From Vulcanimicrobiaceae bacterium (GTDB taxonomy: Bacteria > Vulcanimicrobiota > Vulcanimicrobiia > Vulcanimicrobiales > Vulcanimicrobiaceae): a stretch of DNA of 14,723 nucleotides. Positions 8,122 to 14,705 of this stretch are shown one piece after another. The stretch is from positions 4,667 to 19,389 of the forward strand of contig JBHEMM010000041.1 of NCBI GenBank assembly GCA_046262595.1. The letters run 5' to 3'. Within the stretch, counting starts at the first letter, position 1, and every line of letters begins with the position of its first letter. The position numbers were made by a program, and so were the translations under genes. Under the pieces are notes generated by a model. That model was not told the DNA's origin and made no database searches. It worked only from the letters and a program-made list of their open reading frames with translations.

Positions 8122-8817
8122 CTAAAGAACCGCCTCTAAACCCACGTGCAGACCGTCGAGCGCCCCGACGCCGCGCAGCGCGCGAAGAAGGCCGGCCGCG
8201 AACGAGTCACGCGAGAACGAGTCGTGACGGATGGTGAGCAGCTCGCCGGTGTTTCCGAACAGCACCATTTGATGCGCGAGCAAGCCCTCGAGCCGCACGC
8301 TATGAATTGGAACGGCATGCGCGCCGCCGCCCGAAGCGATGCGCGCTGCCGTCGCTGCGGCGGTGGCGCTGGGCTTGTCGCGTTTTTTCGCCCGGTGCAT
8401 CTCAACGATCTCCGCCGTGGGGAAGTGCCGCGCGGCTTCCTGCGCGAAGCGCATCATCAGCACGGCGCCAATCGCAAAGTTCGGAACGATCAGCGCGCCC
8501 AGAGCGCGCTCGCGGCAGCGCAGGGCCAGATCGGCCCGCTCGCTTTCGTTCCACTCGCTCGAACCGATGATCGGACGCGCGCCGTGCGCGAGCGCACTCT
8601 CGGCCGCCGTCTGCGTGAAGGGACGCGCGGTGAAATCGACCAGCACCTCGGGCCGCTCTTCTAAGAACAGCTGCTCGAGATCGTTGTAGAGGCGTTGTGC
8701 CGGGTCGCGCGTGCGCGCGAAGCCGCCCGCGTACTGCAGATCGGGCGCCGCTTCGATGGTTTGGCGCGCCAGAGTGCCCATGCGCCCCAACGCTCCCGAA
8801 ACGGCGGCGCGGGTCAC
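8122..8817 (-). CDS. dapB: 4-hydroxy-tetrahydrodipicolinate reductase (divergent motifs)
   Basis: GALGRMG, VDFT, PNFAIG, EIVEMHRAKKRDKPSATA, IHSVRL, HQMVLFG, IRHDSFSRDSF..G; GTG start overlaps the pcrA stop (GTGA). Confidence 0.93.
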   Translation of the reverse strand: MTRAAVSGALGRMGTLARQTIEAAPDLQYAGGFARTRDPAQRLYNDLEQLFLEERPEVLVDFTARPFTQTAAESALAHGARPIIGSSEWNESERADLALRCRERALGALIVPNFAIGAVLMMRFAQEAARHFPTAEIVEMHRAKKRDKPSATAAATAARIASGGGAHAVPIHSVRLEGLLAHQMVLFGNTGELLTIRHDSFSRDSFAAGLLRALRGVGALDGLHVGLEAVL

Positions 8818-10970
8818 ACTTTTTCTAAGGGTGCGTATTTCAACATGACCATCTTCTGCCCCACGTTCGGGAAATCGATGGTCACTAAACCGTCCCCGCC
8901 TGCGCCTACGACATCGCCGATGATGCCTTCACCCCACTTGGGATGACGCACGCGGTCACCCTTTTTCAAGCCCATGCCCATACCGGCACCGGCGCTCTCG
9001 TGGATGGAGACCTCACGCCAGCGTCCGCCCGCGGGGCGGGGCAGAACCACGCCGCCGAGCAGTTCGACTTCAGGCATCTCTTCCAAGAAGCGCGATTTCG
9101 GATGGGCGAACGTGTTGCCGAACAGCGTACGCCGTTCCGCGTAGGATAAGAAAAGGCGATCCATCGCTCGCGTCACGCCGACATACGCCAAGCGGCGTTC
9201 TTCTTCGAGTTCGGTCATATCGACCAGCGCACGCGAATGCGGGAAGACGCCTTCTTCCAAGCCGGTGAGGAAAACGTTGGGAAACTCCAGACCTTTCGCG
9301 CCGTGCAGGGTCATGAGCGTCACGTACGACGAATCCGCGTCGAGCGTGTCCAGGTCGGTGATTAGCGCAATGTTCGCAAGGAAACCGGAAAGCGTCGCAT
9401 CGCCTTCGTTTTGCTCGTACTCGCGAGCGACGCCAATCAGCTCCTGCAGATTTTCCAGGCGCGTGCGCGCGTCGGCCGTGTCTTCGTTCTTGAGTTCCCG
9501 CACGTAGCCCGACTCTTCCATCACTGCAACGAGCAGGTCGGCTATCGAGAAGCCGGCGGTCCGCGAACGCAGCGTTTCAATGAGCTCGGCGAACCGCTCC
9601 AGTTCCTTCGTTTTCTTGGGAACGGCTTTCTTGAGCAGTTCTTTATCGAAGACCGCCTGTCCGACCGATAGCCCGGCCGCATTTGCTGCCGTCACGAGAC
9701 TCGCTAAGGTTTGCTGCCCGATGCTGCGGCGCGGCACGTTGACGATGCGTTTGAACGCAATGGCGTCGGCCGGATTCTCAATATAGCGCAGATAGGCGAT
9801 GATGTCTTTGATTTCCGTGCGGGCGTAGAAGCCGACGCCGCCCACCACGCGGTACGGAATACCTTCCGCGATGAGTGCTTCTTCGAACACGCGCGACTGC
9901 GCGTTCGTGCGGTAGAGAACGAGGAAGTCGCGGTAAGCCGAGCCTTCGCGTACGAGCTCTTTGACTTTTTCGACGACGTACCGCGCTTCGGAACGCTCGG
10001 TGTCCGCTCCGAAGGCCGTGATTTTGTCGCCTTCCGCGCGCTTGGTGAAAAGCTTCTTTACCTGGCGGTGCTTGTTGTTTGAAACGAGCGCGTTCGCCGC
10101 GTCCAGAATCGTTTGTGTGCTGCGGTAGTTTTCCTCGAGCGTAAAGACTTTCGCGCCCGGAAAGTCTTCTTCGAAGCGCAGGATCATCCGGTAGTCGCTG
10201 CCGCGCCACGAATAGATCGACTGGTCGTCGTCGCCCACCACCGTGACGTTCTTATGCTTTTCGCCGAGGATGGCGATGAGCCGGTACTGCGCGAAGTTGA
10301 CGTCCTGATACTCGTCGACCAGAATGTATTGAAACTTCTTCTGCCACTTCGTGCGCGTGGCGCTGTCCTTTTCAAACAGATCGATCGTGCGCACGATCAG
10401 GTCATCGAAATCTAAGCTGTTCGACTCGGAAAGACGGCGCTGATATTCGGTGTAAACGTTCGCGAAGCGCTCCCCTAAGAACGAGGTATTCTTCTCGTGA
10501 TACTGGTCGGGCCAGACCAAGCTGTTCTTCGCTTTGCTGATCTCGCCCAGGCAGGCACCCGGCGAGAGCTGGCGCTCGTCGTAGTCCAAATCCGCCAAAA
10601 TGTCGCGGACCAGCGAACGCTGATCCGCGTCGTCGATAATCGCGAAGTTCGAGGCAATGCCCGCACGGCCACCGTCGCGGCGCAGCATGCGCACGCACAT
10701 CGAGTGAAACGTGCCGACCCACAGATCGCGCGCGGCGTTCCCGACCATGCGCTCCAGACGCGCTTTCATCTCGCCGGCGGCTTTGTTCGTAAACGTTACG
10801 GCCAGGATGCGATCGGGCGCCGTTTCCAGCTCGTTGAGCAGGTGCGCGATGCGGTGCGTGAGCACGCGCGTTTTACCGCTTCCGGCACCGGCAAAAATCA
10901 AACAAGGTCCGTTCGCGTAGCGAACGGCGGCGGATTGCACGTCGTTTAGGGTTTCCGTCTCCAAGATCAT
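8814..10970 (-). CDS. pcrA: SF1A DNA helicase PcrA/UvrD with C-terminal Tudor-like domain
   Basis: Helicase motifs AGAGSGKT, TFTNKAA, DEYQD, VGDDDQSIY, NYRS, TLHGAKGLEF, YVGVTRA; C-terminal GDRVRHPKWGEG. Start is ATG 10970 or GTG 10973. Confidence 0.97.
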   Translation of the reverse strand: MILETETLNDVQSAAVRYANGPCLIFAGAGSGKTRVLTHRIAHLLNELETAPDRILAVTFTNKAAGEMKARLERMVGNAARDLWVGTFHSMCVRMLRRDGGRAGIASNFAIIDDADQRSLVRDILADLDYDERQLSPGACLGEISKAKNSLVWPDQYHEKNTSFLGERFANVYTEYQRRLSESNSLDFDDLIVRTIDLFEKDSATRTKWQKKFQYILVDEYQDVNFAQYRLIAILGEKHKNVTVVGDDDQSIYSWRGSDYRMILRFEEDFPGAKVFTLEENYRSTQTILDAANALVSNNKHRQVKKLFTKRAEGDKITAFGADTERSEARYVVEKVKELVREGSAYRDFLVLYRTNAQSRVFEEALIAEGIPYRVVGGVGFYARTEIKDIIAYLRYIENPADAIAFKRIVNVPRRSIGQQTLASLVTAANAAGLSVGQAVFDKELLKKAVPKKTKELERFAELIETLRSRTAGFSIADLLVAVMEESGYVRELKNEDTADARTRLENLQELIGVAREYEQNEGDATLSGFLANIALITDLDTLDADSSYVTLMTLHGAKGLEFPNVFLTGLEEGVFPHSRALVDMTELEEERRLAYVGVTRAMDRLFLSYAERRTLFGNTFAHPKSRFLEEMPEVELLGGVVLPRPAGGRWREVSIHESAGAGMGMGLKKGDRVRHPKWGEGIIGDVVGAGGDGLVTIDFPNVGQKMVMLKYAPLEKV

Positions 10971-10986
10971 CACTGTCTACTTCTAC

Positions 10987-11033
10987 AAAAAGGGTAAAAC
11001 GGCCTCGCCCTGCTAACGTGCCCGCCGTTTACC
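10987..11033 (-). terminator. Possible intrinsic terminator or palindromic site between the six-hairpin gene and pcrA
   Basis: Minus strand GGTAAACGGC-N20-GCCGTTTTACC (10 bp with one bulge) followed by CTTTTT. The loop is unusually long for a terminator. Confidence 0.4.
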
Positions 11034-11073
11034 GTCGCCGGGGTGCGATATTTGTCGCGTTCTTCGAGCAGTT

Positions 11074-12147
11074 CTACCGTGCAACCGAAAGCGTTGCCGG
11101 CGGGCGCGCCGCGAGCGCGTATGCGCCCGCCAGGTATGCCAGGGTCGACTCCGCGCCCATATTCATGTTCACGGAATCTTCGTTTAAGCCGTCCATGCAG
11201 CCGCCGTTGCGGGCCATCACCACGCCGCGGGAGTTGCGCCCGTAATACCAATCAAGGGCAATCTGCGCCGTTGTCCGGTATGCCGGATCGCCCGTTGCAT
11301 CGTGAGCCACCAGCGCCGCATCGATCATTGCGGCCGCCTCCAAGGGCTGCTGCGAATATCTCGGCTTCACGCCGCCACGCTGAAACCAGCCTTTATTGCC
11401 GACCGGCACGTAGATGCCGTCCTCGACCGTAGCGCGTTCGTGGAACTCGAACGTGCGCAGACCAATGGCGATCAGCTCGTCGTCACGCAGGCTCAGGCCG
11501 GCGCGCAGCATCGCCTCGGGCAAACGGGCATTGTCGTACGTCATCGCGTTTTCGAACCATTGCCAGTCGCCCTCGCGCACGTCCAGATAGTTTTGCTTGA
11601 GCGAACCGGCAAGCGCGCCAATGTGGCGGCGATACTGCGCCGCTTCTTCATGAGCCTCACTGGATTGGAGCGCGTGGGCCAAACCCAGGATCGCATAGGC
11701 TTGCGAGCGCGGGTGCTGGAGCCACGCGATCGATGTGAGCGCCTTGTCGAACAACTTCTTGGAGGTGCGCTGCCACGAAGCGCGGGCGGCGTGACGCATG
11801 CCGTAACCCAGCGACCACAGCGCACGCCCGACAGAGTCGTGCGTTCCCACAGCATCGAGCCACGTGCGGTCGTAGCCCATGAAGTTGTGGAACCGCCCAT
11901 CGTCGATCTGCGCATCGTGTAAGAACGAAAGATAGACCGGCGCAAGCCGCTCGGCTACCGAGTCATGCGGATCGATCTGCAGTTTGGCGAGCACGACCAT
12001 GAACGCACGCGAGATGTCGTCGGTGCAGTAACCCGTCCCACGGTTCGGCACATCCTCGACCGCATGCTGAATCACGCCCACGTCGTCGCTGAGCGTGATC
12101 AGATGTTCGAGCGTCGGCAGCGAACGCGCGCCTTCTAACCTATGCAG
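11074..12147 (-). CDS. Uncharacterised six-hairpin (alpha/alpha toroid) glycosidase-like protein, partner of GT4 glycosyltransferases
   Basis: LEHLITLSDDVGVIQHA...GYCTDDISRA, GRFHNFM, DSVGRALW, WQWFENAMTYDNARLPEA, QQPLEA, GGCMDGL, NMGAESTLAY: motifs I recognise from the C-terminal domain of long GT4 fusion proteins. The frame is open to 12210; the start is uncertain and CTG 12147 is proposed. Confidence 0.8.
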   Translation of the reverse strand: MHRLEGARSLPTLEHLITLSDDVGVIQHAVEDVPNRGTGYCTDDISRAFMVVLAKLQIDPHDSVAERLAPVYLSFLHDAQIDDGRFHNFMGYDRTWLDAVGTHDSVGRALWSLGYGMRHAARASWQRTSKKLFDKALTSIAWLQHPRSQAYAILGLAHALQSSEAHEEAAQYRRHIGALAGSLKQNYLDVREGDWQWFENAMTYDNARLPEAMLRAGLSLRDDELIAIGLRTFEFHERATVEDGIYVPVGNKGWFQRGGVKPRYSQQPLEAAAMIDAALVAHDATGDPAYRTTAQIALDWYYGRNSRGVVMARNGGCMDGLNEDSVNMNMGAESTLAYLAGAYALAARPPATLSVAR

Positions 12148-13342
12148 AATGAACCAACTCCACTTCTTGCGGCGCGAGATGCGCAAACAGACGGCCGTAT
12201 TCGTCGGCAACGTGCGGCCACGTCATCTGCCGGCCGTAGCGGTACGCGCGGCGCTCCGTCGCGCGGCGCAATGCCGGATCGTCGAGCAGGCCGTTGATGA
12301 TTGATGCGATCGAGGGCGCGTCGCGAAATTCGCAGAGGAATCCGCGATGATTCGCAAGCACTTCTTTGGCGTACAGGTACGGCGTTGAAACGATCGCCTT
12401 GCCGCAACCGACGGCGTACGCAAGGGTGCCGCTCACGATCTGCGTCGGATTTAAATACGGCGTTAAATAGATGTCCGTCGCCTGCAGATACGTCACAAGC
12501 TCGTCGAAGTCCAAATATTTATCGATCAGATGAACGTTATTTTTCAGCCCGTACTCCTGCACGAGCTGCTGCAGCGATTCGCGGTAAGACTCGCCTTCTT
12601 GACGGCGGACAACGGGATGCGTCTCGCCTAAAATGAGGTATAGCGCTTCGGGATGCCGTCTAACGACGGCGCGCATCGCTTCGATTGCGAACTCCAAGCC
12701 TTTGCCGCGGTTGATCAATCCGAACGTCGAGATGACCATTCGCTCGCCGATGCCGAAGCTGGCTTTGAACGGAGCCGTATCGCGGAACTCGATGTCCGGC
12801 ACGCCGTGATGAATGACGCGCAACCGGTCCGGATCGACGTGATAGACGTTCGCGAGAAGGTCGCGGCCGGTGTGGGAGAGGGCGATCACGACGCTTGCGT
12901 AGCGGCAAAGCTCGCGCGTCACGCGCAGCATCTGTTCGTCGGGTTCCGGAAGAATCGTGTGCAGCGTCACGGTGATCGGTTTTTCAACCGCACGCAGCAG
13001 ATCGACCAGCCACTCGCCGCGCTCTCCGCCGAACAAGCCGTACTCGTGTTGGATGTTCAGCACCGCCGCAGGATGCGCGTTGACGATGGCGGCCACGTCC
13101 AAATACGATTCACGTCGCTCTTGCGAGAGACGGGCGACGACGCGCGGGCCGTACTGGCGCACTTCGCCGCCCGGCTCGTCGATCGCGATAATTTCACTGC
13201 TGGTTCTGAACGCGTTGTCGAACGCGTCCACGACGTCTTTGGTGAACGTGGCGATCCCACACTCGCGCGGCGGAAACGAGCCAAGAAAGAGCGTGCGCGG
13301 CACTGAAGCCACGGCGAGCGCGTCTTGGGCCCTTCCTATCAC
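12140..13342 (-). CDS. GT4 glycosyltransferase (mannosyltransferase-like subfamily)
   Basis: GSFPPRECGIATFT, IQHEYGLFGG, TLHT, IHHGVP, TFGLINRGKGLE, GETHP, TPYLN..QIVSGTLAYA.G.GKAIVSTPY. GGAG at 13352-13355 favours GTG 13342 or TTG 13345 over TTG 13357. Confidence 0.93.
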   Translation of the reverse strand: MIGRAQDALAVASVPRTLFLGSFPPRECGIATFTKDVVDAFDNAFRTSSEIIAIDEPGGEVRQYGPRVVARLSQERRESYLDVAAIVNAHPAAVLNIQHEYGLFGGERGEWLVDLLRAVEKPITVTLHTILPEPDEQMLRVTRELCRYASVVIALSHTGRDLLANVYHVDPDRLRVIHHGVPDIEFRDTAPFKASFGIGERMVISTFGLINRGKGLEFAIEAMRAVVRRHPEALYLILGETHPVVRRQEGESYRESLQQLVQEYGLKNNVHLIDKYLDFDELVTYLQATDIYLTPYLNPTQIVSGTLAYAVGCGKAIVSTPYLYAKEVLANHRGFLCEFRDAPSIASIINGLLDDPALRRATERRAYRYGRQMTWPHVADEYGRLFAHLAPQEVELVHSA

Positions 13343-13433
13343 CAAAAATGTCTCCAAACGCCGGCTCGGGCAAAACTCAAACTCGCGTCAGGTGGCTAAG
13401 CCGGCAGAAGCCTCCTGCGGGTCACTCGTTTTT

Positions 13434-13461
13434 ATACCCGTGCGTTCTTTACGGGTAAACC
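13434..13461 (-). promoter_or_regulatory. SigB/SigF-type (general stress) promoter for the GT4 and six-hairpin genes
   Basis: Minus strand GGTTT (13461-13457), 17 nt, GGGTAT (13439-13434), lying in one of the few real intergenic gaps and correctly oriented. It matches the GTTT-N17-GGGTAT type consensus of mycobacterial SigF and the related Bacillus SigB. Confidence 0.7.
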
Positions 13462-13475
13462 TGATCAAGCAGGCA

Positions 13476-13493
13476 TTGGTTGCGCTTGGTTGC
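13476..13493. repeat. Phased direct repeat TTGGTTGC-gc-TTGGTTGC, candidate regulator binding site
   Basis: Two perfect 8-mers at 13476-13483 and 13486-13493 (10-bp period), just upstream of the -35 element of the SigB/SigF-type promoter. Confidence 0.45.
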
Positions 13494-13494
13494 C

Positions 13495-14517
13495 TTACCC
13501 GGCGGCAACCGGCGTCGTCGGACCGACGCGGGAGTCTTCGGGCAGCTTCGTGCCCGCCTCGATGCGCACGTCATGACCTATCACGCTTCCGCGCCCGACG
13601 TGGACGCCGCGGCCGATTCGCGCTCCGGTGGCGATAATCGCCTCCTCGATGTGCGCGCCGTCTTCAATCACAACATTTTCCCACAGCACGGAATCGCGCA
13701 CGAGCGCGTTCGCGCCGATGCGGCAGCCCGCACCGAGCACCACATTGGGGCCGATCGTCGCGCTCTGGTCGATAATGACGCCGTCGCCGATGTGCGTATG
13801 CGTTAAGGGCATCTTGCCGGAAAGGATGTCGCGATGCGCGTTCAAGTAGTGCTCCGGGCGGCCGAGATCGATCCAATAATCATCCGTGGTAAAGGCATAC
13901 AGCGGACGGTCGCCCCCAAGAATTTTGGGAAACGTCTCCCGTTCGATCGAAACGTTGCGCCCCGGCGGAATCATCGCCAACACATCTTTTTCCAGCAGAT
14001 ATGTGCCGGCGTTCACTTCATTCGTCGGCTCGGTGCCCTTGGGCGGCTTCTCGACAAACTGCAGAATGCGCCCGTTGCCGTCGCTCACAACGCATCCGAA
14101 CGCCGAAGGATCTTCGGCCTTAATGAGATGGAGCACGCCCAGGCCGCCCTTTTCGTTATGGAATGCCACCATGGCTTTGAGATCCAGGCTCGTCAGAACG
14201 TCGCCGTTCAGCACAAAGAACGGTCCTTTGATGTACTGCTCGACGTTCTTGATGGCGCCCGCGGTGCCGAGCGGTTCGTCCTCGATCACGTACGTGATGT
14301 TCATGCCCACGCGCGAACCGTCGCCGAAGTAATCGGTAATCGCTTGCGGCATGTAGCCCGCCGGGAGGATGACGTCGCGAATGCCGGCCTCGTGCAGCCG
14401 TTCCAGCGTAATCGCCAAGAACGGCACGTTCATGATGGGCACCATCGGTTTCGGCGTTCCGAACGTGAGCGGCCGGAGCCGCGTCCCCTCACCGCCAACC
14501 AACACAATTGCCTGCAC
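13495..14517 (-). CDS. Mannose-1-phosphate guanylyltransferase-like NDP-sugar synthase with hexapeptide-repeat tail
   Basis: VLVGGEGTRLRPLT...PKPMVP, EPLGTAGAI, VLNGDVL, FVEKP, NAGTY, SIERETFP, YWIDLGRP. GGAGG (14524-14528) lies 6 nt before GTG 14517, giving MQAIVLVGG... (340 aa). Confidence 0.93.
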   Translation of the reverse strand: MQAIVLVGGEGTRLRPLTFGTPKPMVPIMNVPFLAITLERLHEAGIRDVILPAGYMPQAITDYFGDGSRVGMNITYVIEDEPLGTAGAIKNVEQYIKGPFFVLNGDVLTSLDLKAMVAFHNEKGGLGVLHLIKAEDPSAFGCVVSDGNGRILQFVEKPPKGTEPTNEVNAGTYLLEKDVLAMIPPGRNVSIERETFPKILGGDRPLYAFTTDDYWIDLGRPEHYLNAHRDILSGKMPLTHTHIGDGVIIDQSATIGPNVVLGAGCRIGANALVRDSVLWENVVIEDGAHIEEAIIATGARIGRGVHVGRGSVIGHDVRIEAGTKLPEDSRVGPTTPVAAG

Positions 14518-14523
14518 GAGCAT

Positions 14524-14693
14524 CCTCCGGGAGAAAAGAGAAGGTAGGAGCCGCAAAGCTGCGTCGCCGCAGCTTCATATTCCCTGCTAGGAGCGCCTCA
14601 AAGCGGTTCCGACGCTGCCGGAACTGCCACAGCCGGACGCCAGCTACGGCCGCCCGAATGCGCGCCGGCGGCCCTTGCATGAACGTTTGGAAG
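14524..14693 (-). promoter_or_regulatory. Structured 5' leader (candidate cis-regulatory RNA, family unrecognised)
   Basis: Hairpins at 14626-14650 (11 bp), 14606-14624 (8 bp) and 14556-14575 (perfect 8 bp, GCGA tetraloop); closing helix 14651-14663/14593-14605; pyrimidine tract before the GGAGG RBS. Confidence 0.4.
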
Positions 14694-14705
14694 TCATGTA
14701 GTATA
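14675..14705. promoter_or_regulatory. Possible bidirectional sigma70-type promoter
   Basis: Minus strand TATACT at 14705-14700 (its -35 would fall at or beyond the window edge). Plus strand TTGCAT (14675-14680)-N18-TAGTAT (14699-14704). Confidence 0.45.

Noticed and set aside
10976..10986. TCTAC-T-TCTAC short direct repeat before pcrA
   Set aside because: A 5-mer pair is too short to distinguish from chance.
11059..11074. GTTC-N8-GTTC upstream of pcrA as a possible LexA box
   Set aside because: Matches neither GAAC-N4-GTTC nor GTTC-N7-GTTC.
14535..14580. GCAAAGC on the plus strand, reminiscent of a c-di-GMP-I riboswitch
   Set aside because: Lacks the upstream GGCAAAC stem and downstream conserved elements, and is on the wrong strand for the adjacent gene.
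85..14590. Numerous plus-strand and alternative-frame ORFs in the ORF track (e.g. 3541-4365, 4522-5268, 2012-2830, 12957-13637)
   Set aside because: They are shadows of well-supported minus-strand genes, Arg/Ala/Pro-rich with no recognisable motifs, as expected in GC-rich DNA.
14643..14651. GGCCGTAGC resembling the ops/JUMPstart element GGCGGTAGC
   Set aside because: One mismatch in a short GC-rich motif, no JUMPstart context, and no evidence of RfaH in this window.
14489..14680. 63-aa minus-strand ORF (MQGPPARIRAAV...) in the leader, frame open to the window edge
   Set aside because: No SD, atypical codons (GTA and CTA within it, ATA upstream in the same frame), no motif, and it overlaps the next gene. 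It cannot be fully excluded without upstream sequence.
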